From NCBI GenBank assembly GCA_976551045.1, contig CDPCPM010000281.1:10540001-10604000 (forward strand): a stretch of DNA of 64,000 bases, written 5' to 3'. The position numbers and the translations under genes were made by a program. The notes below the pieces were generated by a model. It saw nothing but the letters and a program-made list of their open reading frames with translations. It was not told the DNA's origin and made no database searches. The DNA is from Glaucostegus cemiculus (Eukaryota). Below are positions 51,872-64,000 of the stretch, piece after piece; within the stretch, counting starts at the first letter, position 1; the number at the start of each line of letters is the position of its first letter.

Positions 51872-54800
51872 AAATAGCTGCCTTTTATAAAACAGCTAGG
51901 TGGTGGGGAAGTTTCCTTTCAGTTTTGTGCATACAAGATTAGAGGGATGGAGCATATAAAAGACAAATAGCCAGGAATCAAGTAAAAAGCCCTTCAGCTT
52001 GTTGAACAGTTTTGCGTAGCATAGTAAAGAGTGAAGTGTATATTACTGAAACATTACAACACATTGTTTCTTTTTATAGACCTGGTTTGTATTTTCAGTA
52101 GATTTTCCTTATATGGGTAAATTCAATGGCAAGCTTGACATATCATTTTTTAATATATTTATGTTGTAAATGTTGCTTTTATTTGCACACTGCACTTGGA
52201 AGTGAATCCACATCAATAGTTTGTCAGCATCTGATTGTACACTTGTGGTGATTGATGGTTTTTCAGTGGGTTGTATTTTTACCAACTGTTTCTTTTTCTA
52301 AAGGCATATATGATCTTTTTCTTTATATAGTTAGAAGATTTCCATTAGAACTTTAAAACCAATTATCATGGTTCATTTAATTGGCAGATTTTAATCAACA
52401 ATTGGGCTAATTGGCATGGTTTGCACACCAGATATTTCCCATATCCTACGGATAACTGACTGAGACAAAACTTTTAATTAGACAGACTAATGAGGAAATT
52501 TATTTTTGTAAACAGAAGAAAATCAGGGGCAAGCAGCAAGTGCTTAGTGCTGGATGAAGTATCCTTGCACACTTCCTATCAGTAGATTTTGACAGATGGT
52601 ATGAACAACAAGAAGAGGTGGAGAATGAAGAAACAATAACCAAAAGTGTCAAGACAAGGAAGGGAAAAAAAACCACTCAGGCATGATGTTGAAAAGATAT
52701 CTGATGTTATAGGAAGCAACAGCAACATTGGAAAGCACAACACCAGCGAAGATCCTGAAGTCCTTTGGCCCAGTTTCAAAGTTCTCCTCATCACCCAGTT
52801 TTCTAATAGTTCCTTCAATGTTTCTACCATTGACGAACTGCCTCCTGAAAATTCATTCCACAGATTCACTATAAGCTACATAAAGTAGTTAAATCTAAAA
52901 TCTTCTTTGACCTTAAGTTTAAAATACACAGGTAGACATCTAAACTCCAATACTGAGAAGCTCATGCTGGACCATGACATTTTTCATGGAAGGTTAGAAA
53001 AGTAAACAATTACCTTAATCAAAATAATAAATCGATTCCCTCTATATAAATGAAAATTCCCTCTATTTCTTCTTTAAACAGCAATGTACAGGAGGTATAT
53101 TCTCAGGAGTAGTTGACCAGCTGAGTCCATGCATCCCAATACAAGGCACACAGCACTGAACCAAATATTTGTTCAGCTTCCCTCTGAATACGTTAAACAT
53201 CAGAATCACAAAAGGTATTCCTGATCTCGAATCATGCATTTTAAAGCTGTTCACTTTGCTCATTTTAAAGCTGCTCGAAATAGTTTAAATCTTTACTCAG
53301 TTACACAGCATGTGTATGACTCAGCCTCTTAAAACTCCCTATCATATATCCTTAACCTTTTCTGCAATGAAAATATCTTTAATCCTACTCTTATTAGCAA
53401 ATTGTTCACGGACTAATGCACATAGATTTAAAGTAAAAAGCAAAAGGTACAATCATTTCAGGGCTACATGGAAGGAATGGGAGAACGGTACCTAATAGGT
53501 ACTTAACTGAGAACCCCACATGACGGCCATAAGGGCCTCCTTTGATCCCATTATAATTCTATGATTCCAGATGTGACTCTGCAAGACACTGCCCTGGAGA
53601 TCATCGCTTTTTGCCACACTTAAAAAAAAATTCCCAACAGTCAATTTACTTCTAAGGTAACATCAGCCTTTTCCAATATAGTCTCACTAATATTTTATCA
53701 ACATTAGAACAGCATTTTGTTTTAGACTCAAATGCCCTTGAAATGAAACCAAGTATTTATGCAACTTTGTTGATAACAGCTTCACACTGACTGGAAACAT
53801 TTAGTGAAGGATGAATAATCACACAGCAAGAGATTAGTGAACCTTAACAACCTTTCAGAAGATGGAGCTTACTGATATTAATAGCAAAAATACAAAGGAA
53901 ATAAAAATCAATCACTGCAAAATGCAGAAGAAAATACTGTACATTCTAAAGGATTGATTGCAAGCTTCGAAAGCAATACATTATAAAACAACATTAAACA
54001 GCCATTTGTGATTTTTTAAGAGTCCACAAACATGCAAAATGTTCTAGTAGAAGCAAAAAAAAATCTCAGCAGCAATGATAAGTTCCAGGTGTGCTTTCAA
54101 TCATGCAAACAACTATCATAACTCATTTTCTCTCAGATCAATCTCAGTTCATTTTAATTCATAGTCATAAGAGAGATAAACAGCACAAAAATACTGCAAA
54201 GCCTGGTCGATGTGAAATTGTCAATTTTTTTCCATAATTAACAAGGTTGAGAGGTCAGTGCATGTACTTTCACTGCAAATTTATACTTCTGATGAATTTT
54301 TGTCATCATGAGAGATGTCAGTGCCAGAAAATGGAATGCATTAATCACTGTCAGATACAGTATGTGGCTTGATGCTGAATGCTTTATTTGGTTGTGCCAT
54401 AATCTAAGCAATCTAATATGATTCCTTCTAGATAAGAATTTCTAGGTAATTTAAAATCATTAAGGAAAGGGAAATTAGTAATTTATTGAATAGCTGGATA
54501 AAAGATCTTTATGTAAATATCATTATATAGAGCAATACATCAGGTAACATGGCTTTGGCCCCTTTCATCGAATTGCATGTCAAAAAAGTGCAACTAAAGT
54601 TGTAGCCTTCAACAGTGACAGGAAGTATTGTACACCATTATATTCATCTCATGCTGCAACTGTTATCTGTAGAAAGACTTGGCATAACAGAACCACCCAG
54701 TAACGACATAAAACAAAACCGTTCTCATCTGACTTCCCAGGGGTGTGTAGAGGGACCTTTAACATGTTCTGGGTTGGTGACAGTTATGTGAAAAAAAGCC

Positions 54801-57800
54801 TCAGGGTCTTCCAACCACATTGTTGGGATTTTACACATTGCAATTGGTACACGACCGTGTTCATGTGCAGTTTCAATTTAACTGCATGGTTGTTGAGCTT
54901 GTAGCCATGAAATGGCAAAATGTTTTTTTATGGGGGCAATAAGAAAATCAAAAGAACCAAAATTATTCTATAAGCAAGGAATTGAAAGAAAACAATCGTA
55001 CTTTATAGCTCGTATTGTTTTCTCAGCAGACCACTTTTACTGCTTTCCTTCTTTATTATGTACAAAATGAAGATTTTACAAAAATGTATATAAGCAAAGT
55101 AATGTTCTGTATTTCAATTTCTATCTTTATACATTTGTTAACTTCAATGAAATTTCCTCAGAATTTTTCTAAGAATGAAAACTAGTAAGAAAAGAACCCA
55201 AACATTTTCATCATTTGACAGCAAAAAATCTTCATTGACAGTCCCTCAGGATTGAGGATGATTTGTTTGCATTCTGATTTTGTGGGTTCTGAGGTGGCTG
55301 ATGGGGGAACCATAGACCCACAGGTGGGGCAGGAGGTGCCCGATGGGGCAGGCAAGTGGGTAGTTTGAGGTGGTGTGATCCTTCCACCGCTTATGCAGCA
55401 CTTCTCGACGAGGATCTCAGTACCATCTCCTTCTTATTGCTGCCATCAGGCAGGAGGTATAGGAGCCTGAAGACCTACAATGAAATGCATCTTCTTACCT
55501 TTGTTTTTTTTTACTTTTCCTGAACATTTCAAAGCCTTGAGTTTCGTACAGATGTTCAGACACAGTCTTACATTATCAACCAACATTTATTTTCTTTGTT
55601 GATATTTACAGTCAGCACCGCATTAAATAGAAGCTATCCTTAGCCAAATTATACCTCCTCATGTAAACTAGTCATGGTGCAATATTTTTATTTGATTTCC
55701 TGACCAGCTCCACTGTAGTTATTTGCTGGAAATAATCACCGTCAATTAGCTTTGATTAGAATACTTTTCTTCTCGTCTCACCACAGACAGTAACTACAGA
55801 ATTTAACATTATCCACTGCTAACTTTGTTATTCTAAACAGAAGTCCAGCCAGTTGTCGACCAAGGTCCATTATTGAGAATCTCATGGTTTTGTTCCTCAC
55901 AGCTGTAACAGTTAAAGTATTCATAAAGAACATACTTCAACCATTGGGGTTTCATTGTAGGAATATTTACAAACTGAACCTCAAGAATATAAGCTACGTG
56001 GCCTCAACCTTGTTATTTCTCCTTTACTGGTTTTCCTTTTGATAATGTCTCATTGATACTTTGTTATTTACAACTTCACTTCTGGCATTTCTATTTTAAT
56101 GAGTCAGTATGCGTCTTGAATCTAGTCACCATACAATTTAGTACATTTAAGTGAAAAAGAGTGATTATAATTGTTAAAAATATACCCTTGGAATGGAATA
56201 TTGCTGACGCATAGAAGTCAGGTATGATGAAAGGTGTGGGCTGATCTTAGAGGATGAAAGTATCAGGAATAAAGCAGTGATATGCATGCCTGACCTTCAA
56301 ACCTAAGCACAAGGCTAGCGAGACACTAAGCCAAAAGCAAAGCTTGGTAATTCCCTGCATGAAGTCACACACACTGCAATACATTACAGGCGCGACAGTT
56401 TTTCTGAAGGCCAATGAGATTGAGGTGGGGTACATGTAATTTGCACTAACCACCAGAATATATCTGTAGTGCATTTTATGTTTAAGAGCTACTTCAAAGC
56501 TCAGGGCTACAGTACCAAGGGACCTCAGATGATGCTATATCACAAAAATCAAAAAATGGAAAATGGAAAACAAATGTAAAAGGTGAAATTCAGTAAAAAC
56601 TAAAAATGCAGATCACTAACTGTGATCAATGTTGATATAATGTGTTAATATGCTGCTAATTCTCCTTTTCGTATTCACTATGATTAAGTTGATGTGTTTT
56701 CACAACACCTCCATCACAAGAACCTGCAGCCACGTCATACATTAAATTGCTTAAGGAAGGTGGGTGCTAAAGCAGGAGACAAAACCTGGGCTACAGACTA
56801 GACTCAAAGTTTTTGGAGGGTAGCGCAGATGAAGATGGGAAGGGAAAGAGAAGTATTTCAGATAGGGAGATTCCAGCAGGTGGCTGTGTTACCAACAGTG
56901 AAGTGAAGGAAGGATACATAAAATAGTCTGTAGTCAGGGAAAGATTGTTAGGAAGTGAGGGGAAGAATCTAGAGGGCAAGAAGAGATTGCAGCTATGGGA
57001 TAGATAAAGGAATACAAGGGAAAAGAGTGTTTAAAATTCAAAGTGTTAGGCAATGGCAGCCAAAGTGCATCAGGAAGAATGGAATTAATGGGTCAGTAGT
57101 ACATGCAACAGAACAACATTCATGCACCTTGGACTTTTACTTTTTCCCTTCAGTTCCTACTAACGATCTTGCTGCAATCATCATAAATGAAGATGACAAC
57201 TTTGACTTTTCTGGTCTGTGAGACACATACTTATAGCACAACTGCTGGTAAAGATCAAGAAATTTTGTTTAAATAATTAAATCAGAAACCTGATAATAAA
57301 GGAGAGATCCAAAAAAAAGTTTGAAGAACTAAAGGAGATTGACAATGCAATATCTTTACAGTCTAGCACACCAGAATTGTACACCACATGTTGAAAATGA
57401 AATTGTTGGAATTAATATTAATCAGTGTATAAAAAAGATCTAATCTGAAATAATGCTGCTTGGAAATTCAAGGTAATACTTCATCGTCACTCTTCCAAGC
57501 TGTTGTTTATTATTAATCAACTTGGTGACTTTGTCCTTCAAGGCAAGACAACTTGATGACAAAACTACAAAAAGTTTTTCATCAAATATTCTACTGAGAT
57601 GGCAGGTGTAAAGCAGCACAATAAATAAGCTGTTCACTGATTAAGAAGGGAATGTTTGTTGGTGTGATATTGCAACAACTGTTATTTAATGATAGATTTA
57701 TGACAAATCTATTTTTGAATAATAAAGCTCAATATACTTTCTTCTTCTCAATTTAACCATTCCTCCTGAAGTCATCTTCTGAAAACTATCCCTATGCCCT

Positions 57801-57959
57801 TAGATATTGAGTGCAGGCAAAGCGGTTGAATATCAAAACTGTTACAGCTAACCCAAAGCTGTCTTCTTTTCCCATCTGCACACTGAGACTTACTTAAAAG
57901 CAGAAAAATCTATCAATTTTATTCTCTTTTCAGTTTAGGAACACAGAAAATGTTTCACA

Positions 57960-58590
57960 GAACCAAATGCAGACTAGGTGACCATTTCAGAGAACACCTG
58001 CATTCTGTCCGTAACTGTGATGTACATCTCCCCGTTGCCAGTCACTTCAACTCCACCACCCCCCCCCCCCCCACACTATCACGGATTCAGTCCTCAGCCT
58101 CCTCCACTGCTGGAAGAAGTCAAGCACAAACTGGAGGAACAGCACCTCATTTTTCATCTTGGAACCTTGCAGCCTAATGGCATGAACATTGAATTCTCCC
58201 TCTTTAAGTAATCCCCAACCCCCTTCCCCACAACCACCACCCCCCCACCATGCTTCTCCTCTTCTTCCCTTTCCTAGCCTCTTTTTTCTACTGTTTTTCC
58301 CTTTCTCTCCTTATCTTTGACCCATCCCCAGATGGATCTGCTCTCTCCTCCTCCCCCGCACCTGCCTATCACTATCTCTTATCTGCATCTACCTATCACC
58401 ACCTTGTACCCACTCCGCCTCTCCTCTTCTGTCCATCTATCACTGTTCGGCTTTTCGCTCCTATATATTGGGCTTCCCCTTTTCCTATTTTCAGTTCTGA
58501 AGAAGGGTCCTGACCTGAAATGTTAACCGCCTGCTTTTCTCCACGGATGCTGCCTGGCCTGCTGAGGTCCTCCAGCATCAGCGTGTTTTA
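57960..58590 (+). mobile_element. Penelope-like retroelement 3' part (GIY-YIG C-terminal region plus tail with hammerhead-like motif)
   Basis: TKCRLGDHFREHLHSVR...PVASHFNS and KLEEQHLIFHLGTLQPNGMNIEF in two frames. A pyrimidine-rich UTR follows, then CTGAAGA...GAAA at 58497-58520. Confidence 0.85.
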
Positions 58591-58833
58591 CATTCAGAAA
58601 GTGTTTGGTTCCTGGTATTCCAGATATTTTCCAACAATAATTACACCATGTATTTACAGTGTGAGCTGTTGGGAAGCCATATTTTATGACATTTTAAATT
58701 GCAATATATATCTTGTTCTTTTTTCCAATACAAATAAAGTTGATTTGCATGTTACAAGATAAGAAAATGTGTCCATTGTTGTATGCACCAAAGTCAGGAA
58801 AATGTGCAGTGGATGCAGATGTAAAAATTCATA

Positions 58834-59291
58834 CAGGGGATCCCTGGGTTATGAAAATCCAACCTTATGTAAATTCTCCCAAAATCTGCTCTCAAGTATA
58901 GTACGCAAATCTCTTCATCAGAAAATAATGTAAAGATCACTCATAGAAAAAGCCAGTGCCTTCTCCAAACTCTCCTTCTGGTAAGATTAAACGTTTACAA
59001 GCCCTGAGCCACCTCTCATTAGTGCATACTTTCTTTTATTAAACTGTTGATAGCTTTCTCACTGATTAGTAGATCAGCTCCCCCCATCACAGTCCAGTTG
59101 CTGGTAACAACTCCTATCATCTACGCTGACCTTCCCCAGTCTACTCTTTGCAAATCAGTTCCCAAGGGCTATCAAGGCTAAAGATTTCACATTACAATTC
59201 TGGGGAAAATTGTTAGTTTCCAACTGATGGAAAATTCAGTTTACAGGCAGATCTCGGGAACATAATCCTTATGTAACCTGGGGACCTCCCA
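58834..59291 (+). mobile_element. Tigger/pogo-like (Tc1-mariner) MITE, about 458 bp, TA target duplication
   Basis: TA|CAGGGGATCCCTGGGTTATG ... TGTAACCTGGGGACCTCCCA|TA. The TIRs match 12/20, and several differences are TG/CA pairs expected from CpG decay. Confidence 0.6.
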
Positions 59292-62200
59292 TATTTGTAT
59301 TTCTTTTACAAAAGTAACTACAAACAATGGATCACGGTCTAACCTTAAGCAACACTATGTACAATAACTTCCACTTATATAGTACCTTTAACACAACAAC
59401 CCCCTATTTGATATCGCCAGATATTATCAAGTAAAGCAACTGATGCCAAGCCACATAATATATACTAGGGCATATAACCAGAGAAATCAAAAGGTAGGTT
59501 TTAAAGAGCATCTTAAAAAGAAGAAAGTGAGGCAGAAGAAAGAGATTTTTGGAGAGAACCCAAGAGCTTGGCAGCTAATAGCCTGCGCACCACAATGGAG
59601 TTCTGAGTCTAGATGCCTCAGAAGGTTATAGAGGTGGAAAAATAAGTACATGAAAGGATATGAAAGCCAAGATGAGGACTTACATTTGAGGCCCAAGACA
59701 TGACTACAGAGAAATGTTCTAGGTCTAACCACTTCCAATTGCTTCATCAATGGTCCTTCCATCTCTTGTGAAAAATGGGATGTTGTCTGATAAATGTCCA
59801 GTATGTAGTTCTATTCACTCATCAGGTCATGAAGGAGTCTGTGCCCATCTGTAACTAGATCTGAACAAGATTCATGCTTAGGCTGGTGAGTGACAAATAA
59901 TGTTCAAGCCACACAAGTGGAAGGCACTGACCAACCCAATCAATCACTGACTACACAACATCATATTATAGCCAAATTCACCATCATAGAAGACGCAGAA
60001 GGTTATGAACCAAGAGCTGTTAAGAGGAATTAGTATGAATAGGAACTTGATGGTCGCCATGGACATGGTGGGTCAAAGGGCCTGTTTCTGCACTTATGCC
60101 TCTATGATTCTATAGACACAAAGGGAAATCAACAACTGAACAAAAATGAATGAAGGACAAGTAAGAGGTCAGATATTCTTCAGTATTCAGTGATTGACAT
60201 CTACAAAGCATGCTAGGGATATAAGGAAATATTTTCTACCTCTCTGTACAAGTAGAATTTCAACAATGTTCAACACTGTAGAGGACAAAGCAGCCTGCTT
60301 GATTAGCACCTCAAACATTTCCTCCCTTGTGGCTGTAAGCTGTACCATCCATAAAATGCACCACAGTACCACAGTGACCTCTACCACTCTGAGGAAGGGT
60401 GCGCCCCAAGTTGCTGAAAGAAATAAAATATAAAGCTGTAGAGGATCTGGCCATAGTCTACCACACGTTGTTAGATTCAGGAGGATTGTGCTCCTGTCTG
60501 GGCAAGCTACCACACAAAGATCCTCAATCTGCAATTAAATGCAGCCAATGGGATCTTCATGGAAATATTCAAAATAACTCATGTCAAATGGCTGCCAGTT
60601 CTGAGTCAAGTTAACTGTCCTAGTGAGGTTCAAACCTGACTTGCATTAGAGAAAAATCACAAACTAATACCGACCTGACATTCATTAGAATTTAATAATC
60701 CCCTTAAAACCAGGATGAAATCACACAATCCCCTTCCCAAACACTCCTGAGGAACAATGGACAGCTCTCAGTGCCAATATCATCTGTGACACAAGTCCCT
60801 GCACCTCATCCAACCCACCTTTAATTACACGATCATCTTGACAGCAAGTGTTGGCAGACATTTCAGCAAACCACAGTTTCAAGGAAAAACTAGATTCTAT
60901 CCTTAGAGCTAGAAATTGAGAATTATCACAAGCAAATTCAGATAACCTTAGCTGCCTTCAAACAAGTTGTAGAACTCAATTAGTTGTCACATAATGTGGG
61001 AATGCTGTGAATAATGGATTCATGTGCTGATGGAATCTGTGATTACATCAGGTCAATGCTTGCAAGGACTTTCATTCAACTGGAAATAGCGGAACCCATG
61101 ATTACACAGCACACATTTAATAAGTAATCTCCAAACAACAGGAATTCTCTAAACTAACTTCCTTTTCCATTGTTGTTACTTCCTTATTCCCCTACAACAA
61201 TGGCACCTTAGTAGGATATGTAACTCCAATCTCCAAAATCTCTTCTCCAAGGCAAGACAATAGTGATAGTTAACAGGAAAATCAACTGCATGAAGCATTA
61301 ACTACAGCAATCAGACTATCAGCTCACATGGTGCCCAGACATGTAGATTCCCAGCCAGACACACTGGCACTTCGCTAAACTCAGGATGCTTAAGAGCCAC
61401 TTACAGCCACTGAACTTATTGCCATATAGAAATCTCTATGTTGGGGAGAGCTGTGAAGCCAAACAAAGAGGGAAGAGACATCTGTCCAAGTGGGTGCCTT
61501 TTTTAAAGTACCACTATATCACTATAAGTTCTGTAGCTCAGTTGAATTAACCATCTGAAAAGGGAATTAAACATAACATTTTCCAGGAGAGCATGGATTT
61601 TTAATGTTATGATCGACTCAGCTGGCAAAGAGGAGTCACACTTCAATTACAAATTTAGTCATGCTTTTTACAAAACAAAATGTATACATAATTCATTACC
61701 AGTAACTACACACACAAAGAACCAGTTATCTAAACCCAGTCAGTAATATTTTGTCACTGCAGCAATTTATGGCTCTTGGTTTTCTCATCCCCAAATATAC
61801 TATGTTAACTCTCAAGCAACTTGTTAGCTGCTCACATTTCTGAGGGGCAGCAAATTCATCCTGTGAAATTTTGACAATACATTATTATTGTTACTTGCTG
61901 CAAAGTAAGTACATACGTTACTTTTTCTTAATTATCCCTTTGTAGATTCTCCATACATAAAGCAAATTGAGAATTTTTCTAATGTTACTGAATTACAATA
62001 AGGATTGTAACAGCAAAATAAAAAGACATTCAAGTGTGTGGTTTAATAGGAAGACCCAATAATTTTTCAAAAGATAATGATAGAAAATGACCAATAGCAA
62101 AAGATAAAAGAACAAAAGGGTTATAATTACTTTGCACAAGCCAATGGTTAAAGCCACAGCTAAAGTTATGAAGAGAAGTCTTAGCAATTCATATCATAGA

Positions 62201-62394
62201 CAGGACTTTAAGGCCAATGAAAATCTACTGTTTAAACAAATGAAAGAAAAATCATGGGAAAGAAACACAAGAAGTGATACCACATCAAGAAAAAGACAGA
62301 ACCAAATGGATGTTGACATAACAATGAAAAACGTAACAATCTAAAACCTGACCTAGTGAAAGCAAATAAGTACTAAATAGGCAGAGAATTTTCT

Positions 62395-62846
62395 GTAGTA
62401 AGTGTAGCACAGTCTATCGCAAAAACCAGCCTCCCCTCCATTGACTCTTTCTACACTTTCCATTGCCTTGGGAAAGCAGCCAACATAATCAAAGAACCCC
62501 TCCCACCCTGGTCATTCTCTCTCTTCCCCCCTTCTATTGGCAGAAGATACAAACCAGGCTCAAGGACAGCTGCTTATGATTCTTGAACGGACCTCTTGTA
62601 CGATAAAGATGAACTTTATATAGAGAATCTCTCAATCTACCTTCTCATGGCCCTTGCACTTACTTGTCTACCTGCACTGCACCTTCTCTGTAACTGAATT
62701 CTGAATTTTGTTATTGTTTTGCCTTTTGTACTAACTCAATATACTTATGTTCCAGATTTTGTTTTGTTTGGAATGATGTGTATGGATGGCAGGCAAAACA
62801 AAGCTTTTCACTGTACATGTGACAATAATAAACCAACTACACCAAT
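62395..62846 (+). mobile_element. Rex1/Babar-like LINE 3' end
   Basis: SLPSIDSFYT..CLGKAANIIKEPSHPGHSL-like remnant. Ends gtacatgtgacaataataaacc. Confidence 0.75.
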
Positions 62847-64000
62847 TGAATCTAGCAAATTAAATAGATAAGAAAGTAATAAAAGTTATGGCTAACAACT
62901 AGGAAACAGCAACTAAGGCAGCTTTAATTTCAAAATGAGAAGAAGAACAAATGTTAAATACCAGGAAAGCAAATTCCATAGGATAAAATGGGAAGACTGC
63001 AAAGAAAGGTAAGATAATTAACCAATTTTGAGAAATTCTTATATAACCTGTGACCAAAGTATACATTAAAATAAATCTTCCAGCTGGATAATAGGAGTGT
63101 AGCTAAAATTGGTGTTTGATTAGCAAACTGGCTGGAGAAATTAAAAGGGAAATTCGCAAGAGGCTCCTCTGTCATTTATGATCCTTTGCAGCTCTCTCCC
63201 TCAACATAACTCCTCCTTCTCAACACCTTTTCCCTTCACAAGGGTACTGTGAAGGAAGTTAAATTTATGGACAATGCCAAAGTATCTTTTTCACATTTAT
63301 TATTACATCAACTCACCATTCTACATTTTTGTTAAATACCACAACTCTCTAGACCTCAGTGTCTGCGGTTACTTAACTACACCTCTGACATTCCCTTCTA
63401 TGTCAAAGCTGTAGAGCAAGTATTTTACAAGAGCTATACTGAGTGTCAATGAAGATTTTTGCTAAATAATTACCATTAATGATTCCTTCCATCACTTTTA
63501 AACAGACTGAGGATGGACTCACAGGGCAGTAATTGGCATACTGTATCTATCCTCTTTTATAGAGGTAAGGCAAATCTGGACAAATATTTACATCACTTTT
63601 GGAATGCCAGTTTGGTGTGTATGTCAATCCAACATTAGAATTAATTCTAATGCTCAAGGAATACAGGTTCTTCTGTCCATAACATTGCTGCAGCTACATA
63701 TTTAACTCCATTAATTTATTCTTACACTTCTTACACTGACTAATACATGGTATAATCCTGAAGTTACTTATCCAAATGCTCCCTCTTTCTATCTGGTTCA
63801 ATAACATCTGGCCTTTTTAAAGGTTTTTGTACTCATTATATTTACCCTGACAATTTGGAAGATAATCGACCACTCAAGTGCCTTGACCATGACTAAAAGG
63901 CGATTTCAATAACATGAATATAAAATCCTCTATCACTGCTGTGTTTCTGCACTGTCCTCCTCTCGGTCTCTTACACCATTTGCTTCACAGTTACTTTAAC

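Noticed and set aside
55494-55620. Possible missing TYW1 exon ending AAAG|gtaaga
   Set aside because: The translation does not resemble ...REALTKQ and there is no convincing acceptor.
1-64000. Prokaryotic-type systems (CRISPR array, operon, defence island, retron)
   Set aside because: No regularly spaced repeats and no dense or long ORFs. The window is spliceosomal intron/exon DNA with vertebrate transposons.

Overview
This is eukaryotic, AT-rich, CpG-depleted vertebrate DNA. The repeat families suggest a cartilaginous fish (shark or ray); that is an inference. The whole window lies inside one minus-strand gene, TYW1 (radical-SAM tRNA wybutosine-synthesis enzyme). Six GT-AG exons (46766-46818, 44104-44222, 40772-40881, 34660-34837, 32575-32710, 1205-1315) splice in consistent phase into an intact frame carrying Cx12Cx12C, the catalytic Lys and CxxxCxxC. 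The rest is intron filled with decayed transposons: Rex1-like, CR1-like, RTE and L2-like LINEs, SINEs, Penelope-like GIY-YIG elements, an internally deleted Helitron and a Tigger-like MITE. There is also a 151-N assembly gap. Nearly all ORFs in the supplied track are spurious or transposon debris. I found no prokaryotic-type or clearly novel multi-gene system. The best leads are minimal hammerhead-ribozyme motifs in the Penelope tails, a candidate 23-nt poison micro-exon, a hairpin-rich patch tied to a 43/44-nt inverted repeat, and a 60-nt segment present both inside and beside the Helitron. Transposon boundaries and family names were assigned by eye and are approximate.
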